Shown in pieces: positions 36,743 to 49,863 of a stretch of DNA of 64,000 bases. A program made the translations under genes and the position numbers. The notes below the pieces were generated by a model. It had not been told where the DNA came from and ran no database searches. It saw only the letters and a list, made by a program, of their open reading frames with translations. Origin of the DNA: Squalus acanthias (lineage: Eukaryota); NCBI GenBank assembly GCA_030390025.1, contig CM059432.1, positions 103,294,001 to 103,358,000 on the forward strand, written 5' to 3'. The first letter of the stretch is position 1; every line of letters begins with the position of its first letter.

Positions 36743-38631
36743 GAAAATAATTTTAGAGAACATAATTCAATCGAGGCAAAAAGTAGTTGGAAGCTTTCAC
36801 GAGAAATGCACGTACAAAGATAGATTTCTAATTTAATGCATAAATGTCCTTGAGTTCCTGGGAAAATCTGTATAAAGTGACTCCATCATTACAGAATTTC
36901 TACTTTTAACAGAAACTGTCCACAGACTTGTCCAGCTACTAGATGGGATCGATGATTTCTACACATGCTTGGCTGACACGTGCTTTTATTTTGTAACTGA
37001 ACATCTAACTGGAAGCCGGATAAATATTCTACAGGTAACTATGTTCTGTTATTACAGATATTAATGCTAAGTACAAGTATTGCAAAACAACATTAGCTTC
37101 AAAAGACCAATATAAATAAAGCACAAATTGAGTGTATAGATAAGACTGAATCTTTAAATTGTAGGAAAAATAGACAGCAAATATCCATTTTCCCATGTGA
37201 CCACAGTACCATTAAAAACTTCTTCATCATTTCAAATTTTTTATGCATATGCATACAATGCCAGAAAATCTGGAACTCATCTTTGTTTATGACTTCCACT
37301 CCAGCAGTGTAACAGCAGAAAAAAAATTAAGCTGCAAAGTGTGGGTTTTTTTATTTTTAAGAGCTGCATAATGCAAAGTTAACACTTTTATTTAGGCTTC
37401 TGCATCCATTAATTTTAAGATAGATATTAAGAAGTGACCTACCGTACCATCCACGATATGATTATAAGCAGTGCTTAAGTAAACTGTCGAGGCACACTAA
37501 CCTTGTGTACAGTGTTCATCACAGATTCCAAAATAACTATTTAGATAACCTGGAATTATCTTAATGGAATCAGTCAGAAATGATGTAAGCAAAACCCTCA
37601 TTCATGTGCTAGTTATGTGGAATTGAAGGTTTTTATGAGTTATTTTACATAAAGTTCTAACATTAGATAAACACTATCTGTATTTCAGATTCATTTAGGA
37701 CAGTTGACTCATTTGCAGATCACATGAAATAATTCTAAATTGACAGACCTCCTTGGTGGGAAGAATTGCGCAGATAACCCTTTAATTACAAGATAGCATG
37801 CAAGATTCAATAAAGCTGTTTTTACATTAACACAATTTTTCCTCAGCAGAGTCAAGCTGTTCTATATTTACATGCAAAGAAACCTCAGTAAAGAGATCAA
37901 ATACTTTAATCTATATTCAAACCATCTTTTTTACTTATTCATCAAATGGTTGCTTCTCACAGCACCACCAGTGTGGTTATGTGCCGCCCTTGGCTACCCA
38001 AAGAGTTCTACGTGGCAGTAAAGCAAGTTGGGTTTTGAAGATATCAAAATCATTTTGGCTAAGTCAATTATTATCTCTATTATATATTCTGAGGTCATTG
38101 GGCAGCGCAAGAAGCTCAGAATAGAATAAACCAGGCAGAAAACTCAGCAACACTGGTTGGTAGACAACACTGGCTAGACCATGAATATTTAGGCATAGGT
38201 ATAAGAATCGAAAAGGGTAACTTATTTTAACAAGAGGCCCTTGGCTCATGAATCATTTTGTCCTTCACAGGAGTTAATGTGTTGGCTTCCTGTCGATTAT
38301 CACAAGATTTTGGCTCCAATATGTGAGACAGAGCCCTGATTTCTATGCCAACCCACTTATGTTGCTTGATATAATGTATATCATACAGCTTGAAAACCAC
38401 AGCTATTCTGATATAAAATAACAATGAATGAGCTGAAATGTGCTCTTAATGTTCTAATTATGTCACCATGGATCCAGTGTTGTGACCAACCAATCTTCAA
38501 AAACTTTCAGCAGCGCCCTTTTTCCTTGTTCTCTACCAAAAGTTTTCCTCTAGTTCTCTCTCTCCTGCTTTTTTCACTGATATCTCTCCACTTCCAACAC
38601 ACATTTTGTAGAAGGATTCTTTTAACATTAC

Positions 38632-38729
38632 TACAGTGACTACACCCCAAAAATTACTTCATTGGCTGTAAAGCGCTTTGGGATGTCCGGTGGTCGTGAA
38701 AGGCGCTATATAAATGCAAGTCTTTCTTT
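38632..38729 (+). mobile_element. SINE 3' tail fragment
   Basis: CATTGGCTGTAAAGCGCTTTGGGATGTCC..GCTATATAAATGCAAGTCTTTCTTT. Confidence 0.8.
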
Positions 38730-38954
38730 AACAATTTTCTTTCCCATTTTATTCCTATTTTTAAGACAAATAAGTAACTTGCTCTTTTACAGCACCTTTC
38801 ATAAGCAGTTTATTTAGACCCAGCAACGTGTTGGCAGACAAGAAGGCTCCACTCTGTAAAGAGTGGCGTAAATCAGTGCATCCAATGAATATTAGAATAC
38901 ACACAGAGAAACATTTTCAGCCTCTAAAATCATTAGATTTGCATTTCTTATTTG

Positions 38955-39375
38955 GTAAAATCTTCTATAGTATCGTTCATATCTTCAGGACTACCCAAAA
39001 CCCATCACAGCCAAAGAAGTACTTCTTGAAGTATAGTCACTGTTATAATGTAGGCAAAAATGGCAGCCAGTTTGTGCACAGCAAGATCCCACAACAGCAA
39101 TTTGATAAATTACCAATAGCTTGTTTTAGTAATGTTGGTTGAGGGATAAATGCTGACCAGGACACCAGGATAACTCTCCTGCCAATCTTTTACATTCACC
39201 GGAGAGGGCAGATGATGCCTCAGTTTAGCAACTCATCCAAAAGACAGCACCTCTGACAGTGTCGCACTCCCTCAGTATTGCACTGCTATGTCAGCCTAGA
39301 TTAGGCACTCAAGTACCTAAAGTGGGGCTTGAACCTACGGCCTTCTGATTTAGAGGTAAGAATTCTACCACTGAC
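38955..39375 (-). mobile_element. Older SINE copy
   Basis: Diverged homology to 25207-25676, including the B-box region GGGCTTGAACC. Confidence 0.75.
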
Positions 39376-39723
39376 TAGTAGACATTCTTTTATTATTTGT
39401 ATAGCTAGGAAGATGGAGAAATAAGTGTATGAGACAAGTGAGACAGAGAGAGAGAGATGGACTGAACTAAGAATCTGAGGAACCAGAGAAGAGAATGTTT
39501 ATTTTATTCTTGAAGAGCACCAAAATCTAACCAGTTGCACATATTATCAAGGCAGCATTTGGTGAAATAACTTTTTGTATAATAGATGGGAAGGCAAATG
39601 GTGCACTCAGTGACAACTGGAATAAGAGCAGATGTCTCACAAATTTGAGCCTGGTTTGGAGAAATAGCACTGGGGCACAAGTTTTGTGTGTAGCATTGTT
39701 TAGTACATACTGCAACAAGAGCA

Positions 39724-41647
39724 TGAAGGGATAATTACTAGTCCTAGCCCCTTTAGGGCTACCCCAGATCAGGCGTATTCCTCAGATGTTCACTTTCAAC
39801 TAAAGTTTGAGGTAGCCGAATCCTAAAGACGCTTAATTGGGTCTAAAGGTCTGGACCATCTCTCCCTAAAGGAAAGGAACAACCTGAAGATGTTACCGTC
39901 CTCCAGATAGCACTTTTAATAAGTTTAGCTAGACTGTAACGTTCCGGATATTATGAGGGTCCGGAAAACTCCCCCAGAATTCTGCAACTCCTCACCAAAG
40001 AGTGTACAGAAATTGAGTTTGCGAGTTTGATACAGAAGTCTTATGTGAGACAATTCTAAAAATATGTAGATTTATTAAAGAACCAACATGTAATTTACAG
40101 TTGGTGAGTCAATCGCAACATTAACAGTTCCAAAAAGAGAAAGCTTACAATTCTATTATCAGAGAACCTTACTCTCAAATCTTAACTTCGCTACAGTTTT
40201 ACAGTTCTTGGGGGGGGAAATTCAGTTGGTTTGCGCCTCCCGTTAGCGCCTTAAGACGGCGCTAATGTGGCGCAAAGCAACTAGCGCCCGGGTGCGGTGC
40301 CGCCCACGCCTCCCGTGAAATTCAGCAGGAGGTTAGCGGTGGCGCTAACCGGTAGCGCCCTGTGGCGCTGCGCCGCCGGTGATGACATCATCGCCATGCG
40401 CAGCGCCCCGCTCGTGCTCCGGCCACGATCTTCGGTAGCGCCCCTTGACTTACCACCGGACGCTATGTCCAACGGGGTCAGGGGGGCCTACCTGCGGCCA
40501 GGGCGGCGCTAGTTAAAGGGGAGGTGGCGGGCGGCCATTTTTGTTGCTGGCCGCCTGCCAGCACCTGCCCCCGTTGCTGTCCCCGGCCCCCGTGAAGCCC
40601 CCCTGCCCCGCGAAGTGCCGGCTGCGCTCCAAGAGCCTGACACTTCTCTTGAGTGCCGGGCTCTTTTACCGGCATTCCCGATCCCCGGGGTCCCAGCTGG
40701 GCCCCGGTTCACGCTGCGCAAGGCCCCTCACCTTTAAGAAAGGGAGGAAGGCCTGCAATACTGCGGTGCGACGTGCCGCAGCGCCTGGCGCTGCAGCACG
40801 TAACACCATGATATTGACTCGCAGCGCCCCAAGAGGGATGCGGGGCGCTTCCAGTAGCGCCCCGCTTCCCTCTTGGGGCACAACCACTTAATTTCCGGCA
40901 CGGGGGTGCTAATTTTCATGGGGCGCTAAAAGTAGCGCACCGGCGAAGTTAGCGCCCCAAAGGGGGTGCGACTCAATTTTTCCCCCTTAAAGTTCTATTC
41001 AGGATATCCACCAAAATCAAATACCTTTGATCCCCGAGGTACAAACAGTTGGAGACTTACAGAGCTGCCTCTGAAGCCGAGAATCGCTTTGCCCCTTTAA
41101 AGCAAGTCGTCTATCCCATTTGATAGTTCAATATTTATACCCTTTTCCAGTGGTATTTCCTTTAAGGTTTTCTGTTGATGTAAGCTAATTATCTCTAGTA
41201 ATTTTTCTGCTGACCCCTGCAATTCTTACAGTCACCTCAGCTGGTAGCATTACAGAATTATGTCTCTTCTCTAGGTGTTCTAAGTTTACCATAAAAAACG
41301 GTGTAACGGCAGGTGTGTTTTTTACTTGATGTCATTTTTACGAAGGCAGATGTTTCTTACTTTTATGTGCTTCTTTACGAAGTGTAAATTACAACACCTT
41401 AACCAGGGTGAACCATTGTCTCATTCCGAAAGGTTCAGCCTACCGGAGCCTTTAACCTTCTGTTTCAATAAGGTTATTGATTCAGTGTCAACAACTATCT
41501 TATCTCTATAGCCAGAATGTTTTCACAGCTTTTTCATAGTTAGGTTTCTAGATTTCCAAACCCAGTTTGTCATGTTTTAATAAGGCCAGAATTCTTTCAT
41601 AGAATGGTATATTTTTCTGAATAGGTTATATGGCTTATTCCTTCACA
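39724..41647 (-). mobile_element. Solo LTR family D, interrupted by a MITE
   Basis: TGAAGGGATAA...TTATTCCTTCACA (short inverted termini); TSD AGCA; minus-strand TATAAAT at ~41133 and AATAAA at ~40071. Confidence 0.75.
40211..40986 (-). mobile_element. GC-rich Harbinger MITE related to 58103-62319
   Basis: Both ends match the reverse-complemented ends of 58103-62319; many TAGCGCC/GGCGCTA motifs; TSD TTG/TTA. Confidence 0.85.
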
Positions 41648-42114
41648 AGCAAACTCGAATAAATTTTAGTTGTTGTTCTGATGAACACATGTGGACACCT
41701 ATTTCCTTTAACAACATACCTAGAGGATTAACTAGTTAGGAGTAGCCTCAGTTATAAATTATCCCTTTGTTTCTCCTGTAACTCAAGCTTTCAGTTCTCG
41801 GTCCATATCAGCACGCAACAGCTCCCCATTCCCTCCACTGTACAACCTCCTGCAGAAGTATTTGATGTTTGACTCACTGTTGAATGAATACCTTCCCTGT
41901 ATATGGGAATTAATTCAACATTCAACTTTCCACCAAACTGACTTAATCCAGATTTTTAGGTTTATCAGAAGAGTTCAATTATAAGACAGTACACTCGTAT
42001 CCTTTTCCTAGATGAGGTCAGTGATACCTATAAGGCTTAAGGAAAAGGATCATGTTAACTGTGGATCAATCAGTTCACTTCAGAGCTTGTTTGTGACCCC
42101 AAATCTAGTCATCT

Positions 42115-42250
42115 GAAGCACAACCCATCCGACAATAGAGTACTGTACTAAAGTATCAGCCTAGATTATATGCTTCAGTTCATAGTGGGACTTCAACCCA
42201 CAATCTCTAATTTGGAGGTGAGAGTTCTACCAACTGAGCCAAGCTGACAT
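42115..42250 (-). mobile_element. SINE head fragment
   Basis: CTACCAACTGAGCCAAGCTGACA and GGGACTTCAACCC match the SINE tRNA-like head. Confidence 0.65.
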
Positions 42251-42776
42251 CGTTGGCTAAGCTTTATAGGCATGAGAGTTTTATACACAACTGAGTTACT
42301 GGTCATTAGTCTGTGTGGTATGTGGAAGTACATATGAATATTCTTGTGTTTAAAGGAGAATGATAATGTTAGTGGTGAATATTGTTTAAAGAACTCAACT
42401 CTTTTTATAGCATTCCAGAACTTCTCTCAATCTCCCAAATAAATTCTCCTATATTACACTTACATTAGTAAATGAATCCAACTCAAATTTGAGTAGCATT
42501 AGCTTAGATATATGCAAAAATCAAAGTGCTGCCTATGCATCTGGACAAGAGACTTAGAGAATGTGACGGGGGGATGCTCAGTGTGCAATGGGTGCAGAGT
42601 TTGGTCAAGGCACTATACTTGGCACTGAACATAAATTAATCATGTTATACCATTTATATTTGCATTTAATAAAACTACCAGTTAATTATGTCATTACATT
42701 TAATGAATGAGCAGGATTATATGTAGGTAGGATGCGGTATTAAGTGTACTTTCACAGTCGTAATAAAACAGATATT

Positions 42777-43522
42777 GGCCCAGAAATTAAAGACGGAGCG
42801 TTCCTGCGGGGGTAAGGCTTCCCCGCGATATCTCACTGCGCGCCTACCTTTTCCCTCCGAGCTCACACGAACTTTAGTTTCAAGGCTGCAGCTGTGCAGT
42901 GTGTGCGTATCCCAGAGACGGAGTTAGTTCGATGCGAGCTCTGGGATCACGTGATTCAGTTAGAGCCAATGGCAGCACACCATCTTTCATTCATAGTTTT
43001 GACAGCAAGGGCTGTCAAAGCTATGAACCTATACCCCCCCAAAAGAACAGCTAAACCTCAATTAAATTTAAAAAAAAAGCCATCACATTAATAAAATAAG
43101 TAGAGTTAAATAAATTAACCACTTTAAACAAAAAATTAAATTTTTGAAAAAATTTAAAAATCTTTTTAAAAGTTATAAAAATAAACTTACCTTTCTTTAA
43201 AGTCTCTAAAAAAAGATAAACCTGTTGAAAAAAATTTAAAATAATACTTAATTAACTACTTACCTTGTTAAAAGAGGGTCTTACGCCTCCTTTCTTTATG
43301 TGCAAAATCTTCCATGCTTTATGCGCGTTCAAAGCACTAAGTGCACTGCGTGCGCGCAGCCTGTAACGTGCACGCAGTTCACTTAGGAACCGCCCCCTTT
43401 TGACTTCACGAAGTGCCGGTTTCCCGCGCATGCGCAGTGCATGCTGGAAACCGGCAATTGGAGACCTCAAACGCGAGAGTACACAGTGCGTACTCTCGCG
43501 TATTAGGTCTAATTTTCGGGCC
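42777..43522. mobile_element. Harbinger-type MITE
   Basis: TIR GGCCCAGAAATT / AATTTTCGGGCC; CpG-rich ends around an AT-rich core; flanks ATT/AAT. Confidence 0.7.
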
Positions 43523-46347
43523 AATGAATGCAGGGGTCCCAGTAAACACAGCTTAAAATTGGTTCTGCAGAGGGACAACTCTCCATAGCCCCGATCATAG
43601 CCAGTCCTCACTCTGTGAATACGAGCACTCTAGCTTTGAGCAATAAGCTGTAAATGATCAAGAAGGATGGCATGTTTTCAATATAATTTAACAATAATTA
43701 GTTATGAAGTGGATAGTATTTACTTACTATTTTGCAAAGTACCATCAAATTTGCAATGTCCCCATCATTTTTTTAGGCTGTGTTTAGTTTCTTGCCGTAC
43801 ATAGGAAAATATTTAAGACAGAAACCTTTGAGTAAATGACCGATTAAGAGCTGGCAGCCATTTTCAGCTGGCAAGCAACGTATATTTTATGTAACAGAAG
43901 TTGATGAGCAGATCACAGGGAAAGCAAAAGAGATCAGCATAAAGAGGGCACCAGGAAGTACTGGGTTTCAAGACTTCCATGCCAGTCAGTAGCTGTATCT
44001 TGCTTTTCCACCTATGTTTAGGTGCTAGTTTGCCAAAACACAACAGAGCAACTGTTTTCTATGGACATTTCCTGAAGGATTGAGAGAAATTTTGAAAATG
44101 CAATATAAAATCCGCAAAAAAAAATGATACAGGCTCTCAAAACTCTGGAACTCTTCATTTCCCTTAGTCTTACCTTCATCGTGCAACTTCCAAGTTTCTA
44201 AATCCAAAGTTTGGTGCCTCCCGACCCCCATTTCCTGATTTAATGTTCTCTCCTGATGCTTCGAAACTCGCTCCCTGCCTCATAGGGTAAATTCACCTAT
44301 TCTGTACTCCTCAGGAGGAGCCATACTCAGAGGGAGAGTGGACCAGAGATAAAGCTACAACACTGCCTTTGAGCATGACTCCCCACTGGGAGCATAGGAT
44401 CAATTAATTTATCTTTACAGCTGTTGCCCCTTTCACATAAAGGCTACAGTTTTGCATACTGCAAGTGCTAGACTATTTCCCACACTTTTAAAGACAGTCT
44501 TCACTTCCCAGTTATTTCAGTTAAAAGCGACACATTTGTAGCCTCTGCAAAATATCAAATGCCCCACTCCACGTTCCAAGATCTGAAATGACTGGACTAC
44601 TTAATCTTTCTCAACAATTATTGAAAGATTTAAAACTCTGTTTAAGGAAGCACTGCCAATTTTCTTCTTTGCAATTGCTCCCCCATCCCCTCCGTAGGCT
44701 GTGGTTCCTGCCAGGGTAGGAAGAATCCACAGGTGCTCAATACCTTCTGGTAAATCACTCAAGTGGCCATTCATCATTTGTGAGTCTAGACATTGAGTAT
44801 TGGCAGGCTATTTGATTATAGGGAACATCATAGCCAAGCCTCGTTTTGTCCCCAACTGACATCCTAGCTAATGTTTCCCTTTCCATGTCCAAAATGCTGA
44901 GACCAATTCTAGAACTCCTACTGACACTCTGGTTAACTTAGCAAAGACCAATCAAACTTGTGACGTTCTGGTTTGTATGGTTCAGTTGCATGCAGGATTC
45001 ACCATCTGGGCGATTCTGAGAATTAGAAGCATGGTCTTAAATGTATGTATCAATAACATACTTCATGAAGTATTTATCGTTTGGCCATCTTCTTATAGCA
45101 AATATTATCGCAAAATTCAATTTATCCAGTAACCTGTTGGAATTGCAACACTAAAGGAAGCTAATGAAGATGGTTAATAAATATTAGAGTAGCCAATAAG
45201 TAAACCATAGGTGATAAGGATTGCTGAGCCATGCCAATGCAGTCAATAAGCTATTAGTTTAGCTTTTAAAATATTTTAAACTGCAGTAAACTTTACAAAA
45301 GACCATATGCAATGTACTGCAACCATATTGTTCTCTTTGCAGAAGAAGGCAATGTTTAACAGCAGACAGCACTTCAGAACAGATGGTGACACAAACCCCC
45401 AGAATTCCCTTATCTGCTTCGAGGAGGCAAAATCTGAAATCAGAGGCTGGGGGGTTGTAGAGGGCCTAGTTTACACAGAAACTGGAGGACACAAGTGTTA
45501 GCAACTGGGGCTTTTTCTCAATATTTTTGTCTTGTGTTCATGGTTTAAAAGCAGTTTCCATGAACAGATTGAATCTCCTATGAACTGTAACCTGTGCCTT
45601 TATACGCCCTTTGTGGGGGCTGGCTTATGCAGCTTTAACAAGTAAACTCTAATTACGGTTAGTATGGCCTGCAAATTTGGACACCAATCCCTCTAGCCCC
45701 ATATCCAAATCATTGATGTACACAGTTAACAAAAACAGCCCCAGAACAGAACCCAGAAGGAAGTGGGTGGACACTTGCCACCCACTTCCTTCCACTCTGG
45801 GAAACTGTCTTTAACTCCTAGGGCTCGATTTTACCAGCCCTGAGGAGGCGGGTTTGAAGGCGGGTCAGGTGGGAAACTTTGAAAAAATGATGGCGGGTTC
45901 CGATCCCGCCGTCAACCTGCCTCCGTGCAACTTTGCCAGAGGCGGGCTTGCAGAGTCCGTTTCGGTCACACCTCCAAGCGGCGGGATAGGCCCTTAAGGC
46001 ACTTAACTACTACTTAAGGACCTCTATAATGCCATTTTGAGATGCCTTTCACATTTTCCCACATTTCCAGTGTGCTGCACATCTCCCCTGAAACACGCCA
46101 GCTAACCCTGTCAGATTCACAAGTGGTTGGCTTCCTAACAGCTGCAGCTCCACCATAAAAACTGAGTTTTCAACAAGGATCATTTGCAGGTGGCAGAACT
46201 TTGTTTTTTCAGGTCTTGGAGAACTTTTTGCAGGTCTGCTGATTTTGGAAGTGGTGAAGCTGAGATCCATCTCCACTGTGACCTCCTGGGAAAACCCTCT
46301 CCCCCCATTGACTGAGCGCTTCCTCAACTGAGGTATCTACCAGCAGC

Positions 46348-46423
46348 ATAGGAACCATTTATTTCCTTTCATCCTGGACCTCAGATTCGGACGAAGACCA
46401 GCCGCGGCAGCAGCAGAACCAGG

Positions 46424-46458
<35 letters not shown>

Positions 46459-47624
46459 GAGCGTCAACCTGCTGCTCACCCACCTGATGGTGCACAGGGC
46501 AGAAGGCGCCAGCGCAGGGAAGCATGTCGCCGCAGGAGATACCCCCAAAACAGGGTTTACAGGATGAGGATGAGCTTCCTCAACATGACTGAGCAGCAGT
46601 GCCAAAGGAGGCTGAGACTTTCGCGAGAGGTAGTGGGTGACATCTGCGCAATGCTGCACCAACACCTGGAGTCCAGAGGATCTGGTGGACACCCCTTACC
46701 AGTGGCTGTCAAAGTCACCACCGCACTCAACTTTTTTGCTTCAGGCTCCTTCCAGGGATCATCAGCAGACATCAGCGGCATCTCCCAGTCGGCCGCACAC
46801 ACTTGCATCTCGCAGTTACCGATGCCCTCTTTGCAAAGGCCCACAATTACATCCACTTCTCCACGGATCAAGCAAGTATAACCACGCGTGCAGTTGGCTT
46901 TGCAAATATGGCAGGCTTGCCAAGGGTGCAGGGCGTCTTAGACTGCACACATGTGGCCCTTGAGGCACACCATCACAACCCAGCTATTTTTGTCAACCGC
47001 AAGGGCTTCCACTCCCTCAACGTGCAGCTGGTGTGTAACCACAGGAAGGACATTTTGCATGTTTGCGCCAAGTACCCTGGCAGTTGCCATGACTCGTTCA
47101 TCCTGTGCCAGTCTAGTGTGACTCCGTTCTTCAGTCCACCAAACCAACTTTGCGGATGGCTGCTTGGAGACAAGGACTATCCCCCGAAGACGTGGCTAAT
47201 GACGCCATTCAGGTGGCCATCGAACGAAGCTGATGAGCACTACAACTCCAGCCACATTTCGACCAGAACCATTATCGAGCAAACCATCGGCTTGCTGAAG
47301 ATGCAATTCAGATGCTTTGACAGATCAGGTGGAGCCCTGCAGTACTCAGCAGCCAGGGTCTCCAGAATCGTCGTGATCTGCTGTGCACTGCACAACATCG
47401 CACAGCATCATGGCTTGCAGCTGCCTGAGGAACAAGTGGCTCAGCGCATAGACGCCTCAGATGAGGAGGAGGATGAGGATGAGGAGGAGGAGGATGAGGA
47501 GGAGGAGGAGGAGGAGAACGAGAACGAAGACCTTGCGGAGGCACATCACCCAGCTGCAGCAGCACGCAAGCACATTGCTGCCCGGGATGCAAGGGATGCA
47601 CTCATCTTGGCCAGATTTGCTTAA
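46348..47624 (+). pseudogene. Harbinger DDE transposase (HARBI1-like) with a -1 frameshift at ~46815 and probable ATG>ATA start
   Basis: [36 protein letters not shown] (D), [21 protein letters not shown] (D), IEQTIGLLK (E), CCALHNIA; N-terminal poly-Q and C-terminal poly-E. Confidence 0.93.
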
Positions 47625-47882
47625 GTTGGCCAATCAAACACATGTGCCTGGCACCTTCTTACCACACCATAGACAATGGACAAGAACCTGTGGCTTCCTA
47701 TCACTCTGACCACCATCATGACAAATCCAAATCGCCCTGAGCCCTCAATGTGGAACTTCCATTTCCGAAATGACAGAGTCCAGAACTTCAACAGTTTGCC
47801 ATCACTTCATTTTAATACATTGACTAAAGGATGGCATTTACCAATTAAACACAACAGAACACCCAAGTGACTACCCTTGTAA

Positions 47883-49863
47883 CTACTTGTGCTTTATCTT
47901 CCTCTTAGGCATGCTCCTACGTGGTGCTTCCCCTGTGGCTTCAGCAGATGTGGAGGCCCCTTGCTCACTTTCATGCTGCTCCTGCTTCAACACCTTTGGC
48001 GGGCGTCCTCTGGGGTTGCGAGCCTGTGCAGGCTTGGCAACAGTCTGCTCCTCCTGCGTCTGTGCAGGGGCTGAGACGCCCATCTCAGTTGGGTGAGGAC
48101 TCTGGTGGGGCTCTGACCGAGGGCTCCGCAGTGGCATGGGAGTGAGAGCGCTTGGAGAGGAGCCCCCACTTCTTTGTTGTCTGCCACCAACATCCCTCTC
48201 ATGGGTCAGCCCCACTTCAGTGCTAGTAAGTGGCTTGACAGCACCTTGCTGCACATCAGGGGGGCCATGAGGACCCGTATCTGCACTGGCAGTCCTACTC
48301 CAGAGGACTTCCATGATGGTCTGGTTTCTCTGATCAATAGCTGCCCATCGCTCCTCCAGAGATGTCAGTCTATTCTGAACATTCACCATGTTTTCAACAC
48401 TCTGGCTACTTAGCTCCGCCATGGCCGTAGCCATCCTCTCCTCTACCGTAGATATCCTTTTCCACGGAGGTAGCCATCCTTTCCACGGAGGTTGCTATCC
48501 TTTCCGCGGTGATGCGTTCATGCGCCAATGCCTCCACAAAGGCTCTGCTCATGTTCGCGATGGACTCCTCCATTCGCTCCACACTTGCAGTGACCCTGGA
48601 GACAAAACCTGCCAGAGACTCCTGCACCTGTTCCTGGAGTTCCAGCACTGCTCTCCTTCTGGATGGCCCCAGAAGCACAGCGTCCACATGCAGCTGAGCA
48701 GAGCTGGGAGCGCCCTGCGGCCTCCGACGAGGACTCTCCACTGCTGTCCCTGTCTCCACCATCTGCTGATGCTCACTTGTGAGCTGTGATACACCAGGTG
48801 ACAACACTACTCTATGTCCCGAAGGTCCCACCGAGGTGTGCGTTTCTGCACTGCTGCTTGGGTGCACTTAATTCTGCTGATGCTGCGCCCTCAGAGGTTA
48901 CAGGTTCCTCTGAGGAGTCTTCCGCCTCAGGCTCTTCCACCTGGACAGGGGGGAGGGGGGCTGTCGATGGTCCTGTGGGGGAGTAAAGTCATGAGTTAGA
49001 CATGTGATATAAATGTTGCATACACATGGAATAGTGCAGATGATCATAAGTCAATCTGTTTGAGCCTCAGAAGCCATATCAGTCACTCATGCAATGACAA
49101 TGAGAGAGATGCAAAACTATTCTGTCACCAGCTTGCTCTGATGCGCCCGTCTGTCCGTCCCCCACTTTCAGATCCTCCTTGGCGCCAACGATCTCTAGGG
49201 CCGCCTCCTCAGCGCAGGTGAGATGGGCTATTGAGGGTGGCCCTCCTCCGTCTTCGCCCTTTCCCTCTTATTGTGGGCTCTCTTTTCCTGCAATGCGGGT
49301 CACAAGTGGAGTTTGAGTGAGAATGATGGAGTGAGTGTAGAGAATCCATAGCATAGATGCTTAGAAGGACACAAAGATGGAGTGAGGTCCCAATACTAAG
49401 GGCGCTCCCTGTGTGTTGTTAGTTGTTGTCATTGCATAACAGTGATAGGAAGTGTGAGGGCAGCATAGTCGAATAGTTAAGTGATTGCGTACATAGAGAG
49501 AGAGGGAATGGTTAAGGGTGCAAGGGATGTAAGGGTAAAGTGGGATGTGTAGGAGTAGGTTGATAATGCAGTGTGATGGTACTGAGAGGAGATGGGGAGC
49601 AGAATGAGGGTAAAGGTGATGGTATACTCACTTTGCCTGTTCGGACAAGGTCATTGAAACTCTTTCGGCACTGCAGCCAGGTTCTGCTGCACATCGATCT
49701 GGAACTGACCTCCTGAGCAAGTTGCAGCTTTGATTTGCTGGGGAGGTTTTTTCCTCCCAGAGGATAGAAACAGCACTTTCTTTTGTGCTCTGGCTTTCTC
49801 CACTAGAGCATGGAGGGAGTCATCATTAAAGTGTGGTGAGGCCTTGGGCCTTGATGTCGACAT
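47883..49863 (-). pseudogene. Harbinger Myb/SANT-like accessory gene, 3 exons (49863-49632, 49287-49129, 48972-47883)
   Basis: MSTSRPKASPHFNDDSLHALVE...RTWLQCRKSFNDL then GTGAGT; exon 2 EKRAHNK; GT-AG introns; several frameshifts. Confidence 0.88.

Noticed and set aside
37440..37555. Possible small minus-strand exon (GYLNSYFGICDEHCTQ)
   Set aside because: Weak polypyrimidine tract and no recognisable homology.
40211..40986. Host CpG-island promoter
   Set aside because: The GC/CpG richness is confined exactly to a TIR-bounded MITE.
46348..47624. Domesticated host HARBI1 or MSANTD/NAIF1 genes
   Set aside because: They sit inside TIR- and TSD-bounded multicopy elements and carry disabling mutations.
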